A stretch of DNA of 64,000 bases from Candidatus Omnitrophota bacterium (GCA_023247725.1 JAHFFW010000009.1:14424-78423); one strand, 5' to 3'. Counted from the stretch's first letter, positions 17,409 to 27,710 are shown. Numbers and translations: made by a program. Notes: generated from the letters alone by a model not told the origin.

Positions 17409-18680
17409 CTAGAAATTGGTTCGAAACTTGATCAAAACTCGATCATCGGGAAGTGTTTCCCCTTGCGGTGATTGCCCGGGTTCCTGATTCAAGGCATAGG
17501 CATGCTCCACACCCAATGACACATTCCGGGTAACGACATAATCTCCTTCGAATTTTTCCGTCTGTGTTTGAACGTTGTGCAGTTCCTGCCGCGTTTGTTG
17601 GACCGAATAGCCTACCCCCAAACGTCCCTTTTGGATTCCGATTCCCCTTGTCTCTCCGGTAAATTTCAAATAAACATCTTCGATCCCAAAGGCATTGGCC
17701 ATTTTGTCGCCGGAACCGGAGAACAAAAAATAATCCACGAAATCTCTGACAATATCCATGCTCACTCGCCCCTGTGTCAGCATGCTTTCGGTTTTCGCCC
17801 ATCCTTTGCCCGTGACGAGCATGAATAACAGTTTATCCTGCTGCGCGGGTGGATTGGAGGTGAGTGTGAGTTCAGGCCGCCGCGCGGTTCCTCGCAAAGT
17901 GATGTTGATCTTTGTCTCTTCGACTTGGGAACTACCGGCCAGATCAAAGGTGGTCGAGCGCATGGGCCCGTGAAAAAGCACGCGGCTGGGATCCAGATTC
18001 ACTTTAATTCTTCGCGCCGCCAACAACCCGGCATCGACTCGAATGACTCCTTTCATGGTGAACTCTTGATTTCTGGACGCAAATTTCAAGGCCAACATTC
18101 CCGGCGCATTGTCAAAGGTCGTGCCAAAGCGCCGTAAATGCTCGACGTAAAAAGTTCCATTGATCGATGGTTCCTTGAAATATCCCACGACGTAGAGGTC
18201 CACATCATTGATGCCACCATTGACTCGCTTCAAGGCCGGCGGCACCGAGACCGAGCGCAGAATATCTTCAACCACCAGACCATGGCAAAAAATATTCAGG
18301 TCGAGGAATCGGCCATTGATATTCCCGGAGAAAACAATGGGTTCGCTCGAAGGCAGTTGCAAACGCCCGTTAAGAATATTCAAGCGGGGATTGCGATAAT
18401 CGAAAAACGGCACCTTTAAGATCAATTGGTCAATTTTTAAGGTGCTCTCGGCGGGAATTTTCTTAAAACCTTTGGCTTCGATGTTGGTAAAGACCATGCC
18501 CCGGGCCAGATTCCCATTCATTTTTTCGATCACGAGTTGGCCCGTCGAGATATAATCGCTGGCCAAATGTTCCACCAGCCACCAGGACCCCCCGGTCGTA
18601 AAAAGAATAGCGAAGCCGGCGGCAGCTATAATCCCCGCAATGACCAGGACGATCGAGAAAAAATATTTCAAAATCAGCAT
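17409..18680 (-). CDS. TamB/AsmA-like (DUF490 C-terminal domain) envelope protein
   Basis: 423 aa. N-terminal TM anchor. The C-terminal RPELTLTSNPPAQQDKLLFMLVTGKGW resembles the TamB C-terminal motif. Confidence 0.45.
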   Translation of the reverse strand: MLILKYFFSIVLVIAGIIAAAGFAILFTTGGSWWLVEHLASDYISTGQLVIEKMNGNLARGMVFTNIEAKGFKKIPAESTLKIDQLILKVPFFDYRNPRLNILNGRLQLPSSEPIVFSGNINGRFLDLNIFCHGLVVEDILRSVSVPPALKRVNGGINDVDLYVVGYFKEPSINGTFYVEHLRRFGTTFDNAPGMLALKFASRNQEFTMKGVIRVDAGLLAARRIKVNLDPSRVLFHGPMRSTTFDLAGSSQVEETKINITLRGTARRPELTLTSNPPAQQDKLLFMLVTGKGWAKTESMLTQGRVSMDIVRDFVDYFLFSGSGDKMANAFGIEDVYLKFTGETRGIGIQKGRLGVGYSVQQTRQELHNVQTQTEKFEGDYVVTRNVSLGVEHAYALNQEPGQSPQGETLPDDRVLIKFRTNF

Positions 18681-18696
18681 AAATCATCCTTGCGAC

Positions 18697-19269
18697 TCAT
18701 TTCTCAATGATAAAGCTATCCGGAACAACATTTTTTATCTCCGGTAGCGCACCCTGTGCGTCTTTGTGCGAGGCAAAATCGCCGGTCCAAATTCGGTATA
18801 AAGTTCCTTTTTCTTTCGAATCCGACTTCATCAAATAAGCCGAAATATTTTTCTTTTTCAGATTCTCCATCATTTCGCGGGCCCGACGTTCATCTTTATA
18901 GGAATACATTTGAATGGCATAACGCTTCGACAGACTTGGTGCGGGCACGCTCTTCGTCGGATGGGGGGAAGGCTTCGCCGGCGCCGGATGGGAACGGGTT
19001 AATCCCGGAGATTCGACGGGAGTGGTCGGATGCGTCGCCGTCCTTTGCGGCTCCTCTTGCTGCGCGTTGTCAACGTACTGAATTTCCGGATAAGAGCCGC
19101 CCGGCTCACCGCTGGAGGAGACCTCGGGTTCGCTCTTATGGGAATTGAGGAGATAGAGCGCGGCCAAGGCAAAGATAAGTAAGAGGATTCCCCAAAACCA
19201 GGAAGAATTGAATGCTCCCCGTTGGGATTCAGGGTTAGGCATGTTCGTACCCCCTTTCAGATCAATCAA
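18697..19269 (-). CDS. SPOR-domain cell-division/peptidoglycan-binding protein
   Basis: N-terminal TM, a Pro-rich linker, and a C-terminal SPOR domain (YAIQMYSYKDERRAREMMENLKK...LYRIWTGDFASHKDAQ). Confidence 0.6.
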   Translation of the reverse strand: MIDLKGGTNMPNPESQRGAFNSSWFWGILLLIFALAALYLLNSHKSEPEVSSSGEPGGSYPEIQYVDNAQQEEPQRTATHPTTPVESPGLTRSHPAPAKPSPHPTKSVPAPSLSKRYAIQMYSYKDERRAREMMENLKKKNISAYLMKSDSKEKGTLYRIWTGDFASHKDAQGALPEIKNVVPDSFIIEK

Positions 19270-19346
19270 TGACTTTTGTTTATTTTTAGAATACGACGAT
19301 TATACAACCAAAGAGGATTTTGGAGCGTGAAAAATTTTTGCGGATC

Positions 19347-19928
19347 TTAAAGTTTGAAGACTTGCATGATGCCTTTACGGATCATCATGACGGCAATGGC
19401 CGACAATAACAGCGCCGTCACCTTTGACATGGCCCGCGAACCGCCTTCCCCAATCAGGCGAATGAGACCATCCGAAAAAGAAAAAACCAGTCCCGTCAAA
19501 AGGATGTTGATTAAAACTGCGGCCAGCGTCGGCCCCAAACCATATTGGTCAATGAGAATCAAAGACGTGGTCAAAACCGCCGGCCCGACAATCAAAGGGG
19601 TTCCCAGGGGAACTGCGCCCATGTCTTTGGTTGAAACCAAACGTTCCTTCCGCGGATTAAGGAGGTCACTAATGGCCAAACAAAACAACAGGATTCCGCC
19701 AGCGATCATAAAATCCCCGATGGTGATGCCCAAGAGATGAAAGATACCTTTCCCTAAAAAAATAAAACCCAGCGCCAGTCCAACGGCCGTCAGCATCGAT
19801 TGGACAATGATAGAGGTTTTTTCTTTGGGATCAATTCCTTCGGTCAAAAGGACGAAGATAGGCAGAGTGCCAAGGCAATCCACAGCGACAAAAATTGGGA
19901 TAAAGGCTAAAAAAACATCATGGAGCAT
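19347..19928 (-). CDS. MarC-family (UPF0056) membrane protein
   Basis: 193 aa, 6 TM. Typical MarC N-terminus FLAFIPIFVAVDCLGTLPIFV. Confidence 0.7.
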   Translation of the reverse strand: MLHDVFLAFIPIFVAVDCLGTLPIFVLLTEGIDPKEKTSIIVQSMLTAVGLALGFIFLGKGIFHLLGITIGDFMIAGGILLFCLAISDLLNPRKERLVSTKDMGAVPLGTPLIVGPAVLTTSLILIDQYGLGPTLAAVLINILLTGLVFSFSDGLIRLIGEGGSRAMSKVTALLLSAIAVMMIRKGIMQVFKL

Positions 19929-20042
19929 GCGAGTCTCCTGAAAAGGTTGCTTTTCCTAATTATTGTAGGGGCCTGGATCCTGGTTGCAACAGTTTTTTTG
20001 GATCAATTGAGGATTTTATTTCCAAATGAGAGGAAGAATCCT

Positions 20043-21380
20043 TTAATATTGCACTGGTTCGCGATCGCTCCCCAATAATGGTTTCATCCCGATCACGCTG
20101 AAGAATAGCCGGTCACTGCGGACATGCGCAACAGAACGGACTTCTTTAAGGAGAGATGGTAGGGAAATTCCGATCACCAGCCGCAACAGTGAAGAAAAAA
20201 TAAACAAACTTAACAGGGAATAGCCTTGATAGAGCGGTAGATGCGAGCTCAAGTACCCACCGAGAATGGCTCCCAGGCTCAGGGCCAGACCATTGAGCAA
20301 ATTAAAATAAGCAATGCAGCGAGTCCTTTTGGAAGGAGAAACCGCATCATAGATAAAATTGGAGGCGCACAGATTAAATCCAGCCCAGGCAAATCCCGAA
20401 ACCAATTGCCAGATCCAAAGGATCACCGGCTCACGATTGATCACCCATAACAAAGGCAAAATGCCGATGATGGGGGCGGTGAACTTCATGACCCGAAGAT
20501 TTCCTACCTGATCAGCCACTTTTCCCCAACGCGGCATCAAAAGATAAATTGTCGTCGTCGCAGTCACGGTCAAAAATGTATAAAGGAGATAATTGAAATG
20601 CAGATCCCGCAGCATGAACACAGCAAAAAAAGGCGACGCAATATTGACCGAAAAATTCAACAGCGCCACAAAGACGACGAATCGGGCAAAATTACTTTCT
20701 CGGATCCGTCCCAAAAACATAAAAAGCGTGAATTGGTCCTCCTTTTTGAACTCCAGCGGCGGTTCATGAAGTCTGGTCAGAAAATACCAGGACACCAAAC
20801 GAAAAAGACAAGCCGATAAAAAAATGAAAAAAAATCCGGCATAAGGATGCGCATGCTGGCGGAATTGATGAAGAATAAACCCGGCTAAAAAACTCAGAGC
20901 CACCGTTATCAAGCCGAGTACTTTATTTCTCCAACCGAAATACTCCCCTCTTTTTCTCTCGGCGACCAAATCCGACATGAGGCTTCCCCAGGCCGGGGTG
21001 GCACTGGCGCCGAAAGCGGTGAAGGCCGTCACCAAAACAATGAACCAATTGGCCCCGGCCGTTAAAGAATAAGCCAGAAAGGCCATCGGTATGAGGATCA
21101 AGGCCTGGAGCAGGACAAAAAAAGTCATGATCTTCTTTCGCGAACGCAAAACGAGGGTCAAATCAGCGGTTTTTAATTGGACGAGGGCGGCGAAGAGATT
21201 GGGAAGAGAACTCAAAAAACCCACATGCCGGGCGCTTCCACCCAGAAGCAACAAGAAGGGAGTGAAATGATCCTGCGTGAAGCCAACCATACCGCTGCAA
21301 AAAATTCCGTCAAGAAAACTCAGCCGCAGACTTTTTTTATTTTTCGCAAGCTCAGGCCCCGTCCGAATTGCGCCTTCCAA
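20043..21380 (-). CDS. MFS transporter
   Basis: 445 aa, about 12 TM, with an MFS-like loop motif. Confidence 0.6.
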   Translation of the reverse strand: MEGAIRTGPELAKNKKSLRLSFLDGIFCSGMVGFTQDHFTPFLLLLGGSARHVGFLSSLPNLFAALVQLKTADLTLVLRSRKKIMTFFVLLQALILIPMAFLAYSLTAGANWFIVLVTAFTAFGASATPAWGSLMSDLVAERKRGEYFGWRNKVLGLITVALSFLAGFILHQFRQHAHPYAGFFFIFLSACLFRLVSWYFLTRLHEPPLEFKKEDQFTLFMFLGRIRESNFARFVVFVALLNFSVNIASPFFAVFMLRDLHFNYLLYTFLTVTATTTIYLLMPRWGKVADQVGNLRVMKFTAPIIGILPLLWVINREPVILWIWQLVSGFAWAGFNLCASNFIYDAVSPSKRTRCIAYFNLLNGLALSLGAILGGYLSSHLPLYQGYSLLSLFIFSSLLRLVIGISLPSLLKEVRSVAHVRSDRLFFSVIGMKPLLGSDREPVQY

Positions 21381-21544
21381 TGGCTTCCCTTTCTTAAAAG
21401 GTAACGCCCCGCCAATTTTCCTAAAGCCGATCAGGAATCTTTAGCGAGGCGTCGAGCGATGCAGAACCGCAAAGAATTAATGAGAGCAGCCGCAAAAGGA
21501 TCCGCAGGAAGAGCGTCTTCCTATTTTCCTGCCTTTAGCCATGT

Positions 21545-22018
21545 TTAATTACCCAGCTGGGTTTCGAGCGAGGAAGTCGACGAGGATGAGACATTGATGG
21601 GCGCCTCCAGATAATAATTGCGCATTTGCGCCCAGGTCTTGGGACCAACTTTTCCGTCGGGTTTAAGATTATTCTGCGCCTGGAATTGCCGGATCGCCTG
21701 TTTGGTGTGGGGGCCCATCACTCCATCAACCTTCCCTTCATACAGATTGGCATGATGCAAGGCCTGCTGGATATCCTTGATGGTGGGTTGATCGGGGATA
21801 TTCCCTAAGGCGGGAACTCCCGGGTTTGCCGCTGGCGACTCCCTATTGCCGGGTAAGGATTTTCCATTTTCGGTATTGGCCTCTACGACAACCGGGGCCT
21901 CAATCTCTTTGAAAAATTCTTCCGAGGCCATAGGTTCATTTTTGTTTTGGGCCCTTTGCCCACAACCGGAAACAAGGACAACCACCATTGCCACCCATAC
22001 CATCTGAATCGTTGACAT
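21545..22018 (-). CDS. Lipoprotein with a peptidoglycan-binding (PG_binding_1) domain
   Basis: Lipobox VSGCG. The C-terminal IKDIQQALHHANLYEGKVDGVMGPHTKQAIRQFQAQNNLKPDGKVGPKTW is a PG_binding_1 repeat. Confidence 0.55.
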   Translation of the reverse strand: MSTIQMVWVAMVVVLVSGCGQRAQNKNEPMASEEFFKEIEAPVVVEANTENGKSLPGNRESPAANPGVPALGNIPDQPTIKDIQQALHHANLYEGKVDGVMGPHTKQAIRQFQAQNNLKPDGKVGPKTWAQMRNYYLEAPINVSSSSTSSLETQLGN

Positions 22019-22346
22019 CTTGCCGATATCCTTTCTTTTAAAAAAAATGAAAATCGTCTATTCTTCTTCATGTTCACCGCGTCCATGAAAATTTTTTCCA
22101 AAGGCCTCTGCCAAAAATTTGGCCAGGAGCAAAAAAATGATCGCGTTGATCAACATCCGGAACGCCTTGATTTTTCTTATTGAAGATTGAAATCTGCTGA
22201 TCGAAATTGGACAAAATTTTATGACGAAGGACTTTTATAACTATTCATTGGAATTATAAAGGCTGGCCATTGAGTGTCAACGATATTTTGGGAAATTTGT
22301 GATTGTGGAAGTGCAGCCAGAGGATTTTCAAGAAAAGACAAACGCG

Positions 22347-22395
22347 CGGGGGCCATCCCGACGGAAAAACGTCGGGATGGCCCCCGCGCAACAAT
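22347..22395 (-). terminator. Rho-independent terminator for the OmpA/LysM gene
   Basis: Perfect 20-bp inverted repeat gcgcgggggccatcccgacg-gaaaaa-cgtcgggatggcccccgcgc. On the minus strand it is followed by GUUUGUCUUUUCUU. Confidence 0.55.
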
Positions 22396-22445
22396 GCTTC
22401 TTTTGATTTCTCGCTGAATGCGGATGAGCGAGTTTTCTTTGACTT

Positions 22446-23732
22446 TTATTTTACGGGAAGCAAAATCGTTTGTCCCGCCTTTAAGCGATTCGGATCTTTG
22501 ATCCGGTCCTGATTCAGTTGATAAATTTCCCGCCAGCGTTTGCTCGTTCCCAATTGTTGCAGGGAAATTGCTCCCAGCGTATCACCGGATTTTACCACAT
22601 ACTCGCGCGTCTCCACGGTGGCCGGGACCTCCGCAGTCGTTGGTTCGCTTGGCATGGTGGCCGAAAAACCCGCCGGAGGAGCCTTTGATTCCGGCTCTGC
22701 CAGCGACGGTGATTCTCCCGCAGGAGCTTCGCTCGTCGGAATTTCAGCTTTGATCTTATCAGCTTCAACTTCAATGGGAATAATAATCACCGTCCCTGCC
22801 TGCAGCTTCCTGGGATTGGCAATCCGCTCTTTATTCACTTCATAAAGATACTTCCAGCGGTACGCGGCGCCCAGATACTCTTTGGCGATTTTCTCGAGGG
22901 TGTCTCCGGCCTTGATCGTGTATTCCTTGGTGGAGACTTTCACTTCGCCCTCCAAGTGCTCTTCTTTTTCCACCATGTACTTGCCTTCTTCCATCGGCTT
23001 GGCATTGATCTCGGGCGGCTCCCCCGGAGAAGGGATCATCACCTCTTCCACGTCCGCAATCATGAATTGGGCATTGCGGTCTTTCTGCATCCCAACCAGA
23101 TCCGTGACCGGCGCCACCGCATCGAGTTTCCCCCGGCTGACAATCTTGATGCGCTCCTCGGGAATGCCTTTCTGCAGCATGTAGTCTTTGACCGATTCCG
23201 CCCGATGACGGGCCAATTTTTCGTTGTAAGCCTCTGATCCGCGAACATCCGCATTACCGGTAATCAATATTTCCGAATCCGGATATTTGTGGAGTGTCCC
23301 CACGGCTTTATCCAAGATGCTGATGGCGTCATCGCGTAAATCAAAACGGTCATAATCAAAATAAATTTTGACGTTTTTGATGATCTTCCTGATTAATAGA
23401 GAAGGACGCAGCTCCTTTGGTTGCGGCGGAGGAAGTTCTTCTTCTTTATAATCGAAGATAATCTTATAAACATAAATATAGCCGCGGTTGCCCCAAGGCC
23501 GAACCTCTCCGGGCTTATCCGGCCACCACCAATATCCCCCTCTTTCTAAATCCTTCACCGGGCCGGGCTTGGCATCGGTTGGCCACCATTGAAATTTTTC
23601 TTGCAGCTGCTCAATTTCCTCTTTGCGCTTTTCATCCTTGTTTTCCCTGGTCCTAGCAAAAACCGGATTGGTCCCCAAAAGCAGGGTCAATATCATGAGA
23701 AATAAAGAAAAGCTGATTACACTCTTGCGCAT
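22446..23732 (-). CDS. OmpA-family protein with two C-terminal LysM domains
   Basis: OmpA_C block (FDYDRFDLRDDAISILD...ITGNADVRGSEAYNEKLARHRAESV). Two LysM repeats (YTIKAGDTLEKIA..., YVVKSGDTLGAIS...). Pro/Glu-rich linkers. Confidence 0.75.
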   Translation of the reverse strand: MRKSVISFSLFLMILTLLLGTNPVFARTRENKDEKRKEEIEQLQEKFQWWPTDAKPGPVKDLERGGYWWWPDKPGEVRPWGNRGYIYVYKIIFDYKEEELPPPQPKELRPSLLIRKIIKNVKIYFDYDRFDLRDDAISILDKAVGTLHKYPDSEILITGNADVRGSEAYNEKLARHRAESVKDYMLQKGIPEERIKIVSRGKLDAVAPVTDLVGMQKDRNAQFMIADVEEVMIPSPGEPPEINAKPMEEGKYMVEKEEHLEGEVKVSTKEYTIKAGDTLEKIAKEYLGAAYRWKYLYEVNKERIANPRKLQAGTVIIIPIEVEADKIKAEIPTSEAPAGESPSLAEPESKAPPAGFSATMPSEPTTAEVPATVETREYVVKSGDTLGAISLQQLGTSKRWREIYQLNQDRIKDPNRLKAGQTILLPVK

Positions 23733-23787
23733 TTTTTCACCGTCGGCCTTTTCTGATTGTTGATGAGAAGATCTTTAAATTTTACGT

Positions 23788-24381
23788 TCAAAGAAGGTTT
23801 GTTTTCAATTTGCTCCAGGTCTTTTCTCCCACAACACCGTCGGCATTAAGACCGTTGGCCTGTTGAAAGGCCTTGATGGCAGTCTTTGTCTTTTCTCCCA
23901 GCTTACCATCGATAGGGCCCTTGTAATAACCGGCATTTTTGAGGGCCTTTTGAATGTCTTTGCCGGAGGCCGCCACCCTAATCAATTCCTCGGAAGTCCT
24001 GGTAGAAACATTTTGGGGCCCCGAAGAAGTTTGTGGCGAAGGCGCTAAAGGAACGCGTTTGATTTCCTGTCCGAGTTGCCGGAGATCCGTTTTTAAAGCT
24101 TCGATGTCTTCCCCTTCCTCCGCAACGCGTTTTTCCATATCATCAACCCGTGAGTGCAGTTCTTGGAAGGGCGTTGTTGTGCGGGTCGTGGCACAACCGG
24201 CCGTCCATAGGACGAGCGGCAGGCACACAACGATCAACCCGTCCAGGCGGCGCGATCGCTCGCATTGCTCACGCAATGGCGTTGAGGGCAAGACCAGGTT
24301 TGCTTTGTCACTGATCAGTTTTTGTGAGCAGGGCTCGGCAAAAGGCGGGCGCGCTCGAAGTGTCAACCGATGGAAATCCAT
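23788..24381 (-). CDS. Lipoprotein with coiled-coil and PG_binding_1 domain
   Basis: TAGC lipobox-like segment, a coiled-coil, and C-terminal IQKALKNAGYYKGPIDGKLGEKTKTAIKAFQQANGLNADGVVGEKTW. The true start may be a non-ATG codon downstream of the annotated Met. Confidence 0.5.
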   Translation of the reverse strand: MDFHRLTLRARPPFAEPCSQKLISDKANLVLPSTPLREQCERSRRLDGLIVVCLPLVLWTAGCATTRTTTPFQELHSRVDDMEKRVAEEGEDIEALKTDLRQLGQEIKRVPLAPSPQTSSGPQNVSTRTSEELIRVAASGKDIQKALKNAGYYKGPIDGKLGEKTKTAIKAFQQANGLNADGVVGEKTWSKLKTNLL

Positions 24382-24569
24382 TGTGCCTCCAAGTCAGGTT
24401 AGATTGAAATAAATCTTTTATTTGAAAGGGTTTTGGGGAAGTGACCGATGTTCATCGTCATTCAAAAATGTGACCTATTATATTATTTCATTTTCAATAA
24501 ATCAAATATTAAAATCGGCCTTGTCAATCCGTAAACGGTGGTTTTTTCCGTCGGATAGGATTTTATCAT

Positions 24570-25868
24570 TCAGGTTCGTGGTGGAAAAGGCCGTACGATC
24601 AAGCGAATTCCCTTATCATAACTCAAATAACTAAAAACCCAATTCACAAAGGTCACGACCCGGTTGCGAAATCCCACCAGTGTCATCAAATGAACAAACA
24701 CCCAAATAAACCAGCCCAGGATTCCTTGAAATTTCACAAAAGGCAAATCCACGACGGCCTGATTGCGCCCAACGGTGGCCATGACCCCCAAATAGTGAAA
24801 ATGAAAAGGGTTCAAGGATTCGTTATTCAACAAATGCTGGAGATTGCGAGCGAGGTTAGTTCCCTGCTGGATAGCCACCGGGGCTAACATGGGAAATCCG
24901 TGGGGATGGTCTTTGGTTTGCATGGCGGCCACATCGCCGATGGCAAAAATATCTTCATATCCTTGCACCCGACTGTATTCGTCGACGTGAATCCGGTTAT
25001 TCTTGTCCAAAACCTCGGGATTTAAACCCGCGATAGCGGCTCCCATGACTCCCGCCGCCCAAATCACCGAGCGGGTGGGAATTTGTTTGCCACCATCCAG
25101 GGTGAGGGTGAATCCGTCATAAAGAGCGACCTTGGTGTTGAGCCAGATATTGACATCAAACTTCTGTAAAAAATTCATGGCGCCTTTGGATGCCTCTTGC
25201 GACATGGTCGGCAATAAACGCTGGGCCGCATCGATGATATGGATCTGCATCTTGTCGAGATCCAATTCCGGATAATCCGCAGGAAGGATATGATTTTTTA
25301 ATTCCCCCAAGGCTCCGGCCATCTCCACGCCGGTTGGCCCCCCTCCGACGACCACAAAAGTCATGAGACTTTGGCGCTCTTTAAGATCCGTCGCCAGGAT
25401 CGCCGCCTCAAAATTTTGCAGCATCAGGCTGCGCAAATCCAACGCCTCCGTCAACGATTTCATTGACATCGCGTATTTCTTTACATCCTCCATTCCCAGA
25501 TAATTAGTTTTCGAGCCCATGGCCAAGACCAAATAATCATAAGGAATCTTGCCGATGGAGGTTTCCACGGTCTTTTGCGCAGGATCAATTTTGATCACCT
25601 CGGCCATGCGAAAAAACAGATTTTTTTGATGCTTGAAGATTTTGCGCAAAGGAAACGCAATCGAATCAGGCTCTAATCCAGCGGTCGCGACCTGGTACAA
25701 CAAGGGTTGAAAGGTATGGTAATTATTCTTATCAATCAAAACGATCTGCAGTTCGGCCTGCTTGAGCGATTTGATGAGGTGCATGCCGGCGAAACCTCCG
25801 CCGATGACAACCAGGCGGGGTTTATTCGTGGTGGGGATGTTAACGGATAAGGATAATGGAATCATCAT
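24570..25868 (-). CDS. ndh: Type II NADH:quinone oxidoreductase (NDH-2)
   Basis: RLVVIGGGFAG Rossmann motif, QPLLYQVA, and a second GGGPTGVE dinucleotide motif. The start was moved to Met25 (MMIPLS) to remove the overlap with TerC. Confidence 0.75.
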   Translation of the reverse strand: MMIPLSLSVNIPTTNKPRLVVIGGGFAGMHLIKSLKQAELQIVLIDKNNYHTFQPLLYQVATAGLEPDSIAFPLRKIFKHQKNLFFRMAEVIKIDPAQKTVETSIGKIPYDYLVLAMGSKTNYLGMEDVKKYAMSMKSLTEALDLRSLMLQNFEAAILATDLKERQSLMTFVVVGGGPTGVEMAGALGELKNHILPADYPELDLDKMQIHIIDAAQRLLPTMSQEASKGAMNFLQKFDVNIWLNTKVALYDGFTLTLDGGKQIPTRSVIWAAGVMGAAIAGLNPEVLDKNNRIHVDEYSRVQGYEDIFAIGDVAAMQTKDHPHGFPMLAPVAIQQGTNLARNLQHLLNNESLNPFHFHYLGVMATVGRNQAVVDLPFVKFQGILGWFIWVFVHLMTLVGFRNRVVTFVNWVFSYLSYDKGIRLIVRPFPPRT

Positions 25869-25893
25869 TTTGAAAACTGAATTTTTTCGATTT

Positions 25894-26826
25894 TCAATCT
25901 TGGGAAGCTTTTTTAAGCGGAAACCAAAAAGAGGCCGCAATGGATAAGGCCAGGATCGCTGACACGGTTATCAAGGTAACAACGGCGGGAACGTGAACGA
26001 CCCGATCCAACAGCATCTTGCCACCAATCAAAACTAAGATCAAAGACAAACCATAATTGAGATAATGAAATTTATCCATGATCGCCGCCAAGACGAAATA
26101 CAGCGCCCGCAGTCCCAAAATGGCAAAGCAGTTGGAACTGTAAACAATGAAGGGATCGCGCGTGACCGCGAGGATGGCCGGTATCGAATCCACGGCGAAG
26201 ACCACATCCACCACATCGAGGACAAAAAGCGCAACAAATAAAGGCGTCACCCACCAATGGCCATGCCGGAACACAAAATACCGTCCGCCCTCGTAATCGG
26301 CGCTGATGGGAACAAACTTGCGGAACAATTTGAGAACTGGATTTCGCTCTGGTTCAAACTGCTTCTCTTTTTCAAGCAACATTTTGATGCCGGTCACCAA
26401 TAAAAATAAGCCGAAAACATAGATCATCCAGTGGAATTTGGCGATAAGGGCGATCCCCATGACAATGAACAGCCCGCGGACTAAAAAGGCCCCAAAAATT
26501 CCCCAGAAAAGGACGCTGTGCTGCTGTTCGGCCGGCACTTTGAAATAATTGATGACCAAAAGAAAGACAAACAAATTGTCCATGCTCAAAGAACGTTCGA
26601 TGAGATACCCGGTAAAAAAATTGAAGGCCCTCTCCGGTCCGCTGAAGACATAAATTCCCGCATTGAAAACCAGGGCCACGACCGTCCAAATGACACTCCA
26701 GATGATTGATTCCTTTAAGCCAATCTTGTGCGCCTTGCGGTTGAATACGCATAAATCCAGATACAGCATGACCAGGATGGATGCGATAAAGATGCCCCAC
26801 AAAAACGCCGGGCTTATGGGATTCAT
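25894..26826 (-). CDS. TerC-family integral membrane protein
   Basis: 310 aa. Has the SLSMDNLFVFLLV and DSIPAI TerC signatures. Confidence 0.75.
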   Translation of the reverse strand: MNPISPAFLWGIFIASILVMLYLDLCVFNRKAHKIGLKESIIWSVIWTVVALVFNAGIYVFSGPERAFNFFTGYLIERSLSMDNLFVFLLVINYFKVPAEQQHSVLFWGIFGAFLVRGLFIVMGIALIAKFHWMIYVFGLFLLVTGIKMLLEKEKQFEPERNPVLKLFRKFVPISADYEGGRYFVFRHGHWWVTPLFVALFVLDVVDVVFAVDSIPAILAVTRDPFIVYSSNCFAILGLRALYFVLAAIMDKFHYLNYGLSLILVLIGGKMLLDRVVHVPAVVTLITVSAILALSIAASFWFPLKKASQD

Positions 26827-26950
26827 TTTGCTCCATGGCGTGAAGCGTCGTTCGGCAAGAGTGAAGCATCAACACGAAATACGCTTCACGAGCGACGAAC
26901 GAAAAAAGTCATGATTAAAATCTATAGTCTTTCACTGTGACAATAGCCCG
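26827..26950 (-). promoter_or_regulatory. TerC 5' leader with three mutually exclusive complementary repeats (candidate riboswitch/attenuator)
   Basis: On the mRNA strand: CGUGAAGCGU ... GAUGCUUCAC ... ACGCUUCACG, then GGAG and the ATG. Copy 1 can pair with either copy 2 or copy 3. Confidence 0.3.
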
Positions 26951-27550
26951 CTAGCGCTTATTAATCGACTCTCCCTCAATGATCCCACCGGAGATGACGA
27001 CTTTTAACGCCTCCTCGACACTCCAGCCCGTATCACGGACTAATTTTTCCTCAACCAAAATAATAAATCCCGACATGGGAGAAGGGGTTGTGGGGATGAG
27101 GACCTTGAGCCACTTCTTATTGAGAGTATGATCAACGGTCTCGCCGGTGATGAATCCAATAAGCCAAATATCATTTTTAAAGCACTCAATCATCACCACT
27201 TTTTTGAAAGGCTGACGGTCTTGCACGGAAAATGTTTCGGAAAGCTGTTTCCCAACCTGGTAGGTTGTTTTGACCAACGGAATAATTTTGGCGATATTTT
27301 CTAAGAGGTTAAAGAATTGCCGCCCGATATAGTTGCTGGCCAAAAAGCCAATGAGGCACAAAACGACCAGAACCAGCAGAAGACCCAAGCCCGGAATGCG
27401 GTAGCCGATATATTCACTCAAAAAATCTGCGATGCGTTTATCAATATAGACGTAGATAAACCGCACGGCAAAAAAGGAAAGGGCCAAGGGAATAATGGCC
27501 AAAAGACCGCGGAAGATGTAGGTCCGAAGGATGTTAAAAAATTCTTTCAT
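26951..27550 (-). CDS. DUF502-family membrane protein
   Basis: 199 aa. Two N-terminal TM helices and a conserved ..PTTPSPMSGFIILV.. segment. Confidence 0.5.
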   Translation of the reverse strand: MKEFFNILRTYIFRGLLAIIPLALSFFAVRFIYVYIDKRIADFLSEYIGYRIPGLGLLLVLVVLCLIGFLASNYIGRQFFNLLENIAKIIPLVKTTYQVGKQLSETFSVQDRQPFKKVVMIECFKNDIWLIGFITGETVDHTLNKKWLKVLIPTTPSPMSGFIILVEEKLVRDTGWSVEEALKVVISGGIIEGESINKR

Positions 27551-27639
27551 GGGATTGTCCTTTTCGCAGATTTTTTAAGGTCGCTATGTGGGATTAGGAT
27601 ATCATTAAATGCCCTATCGCGGAAGAAACTTTGAAAGAG

Positions 27640-27680
27640 AAAAAGCGAGGGCCGCCCCGCCAAAGGCGAGGCGGCCCGTC
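27640..27680 (-). terminator. Rho-independent terminator after yceI-like gene
   Basis: Stem gggccgcc / ggcggccc. On the minus strand it is followed by CGCUUUUUCUCU. Confidence 0.4.
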
Positions 27681-27710
27681 CCTTTTCGCCGTCGCTTAAT
27701 ATTTCGAAAA

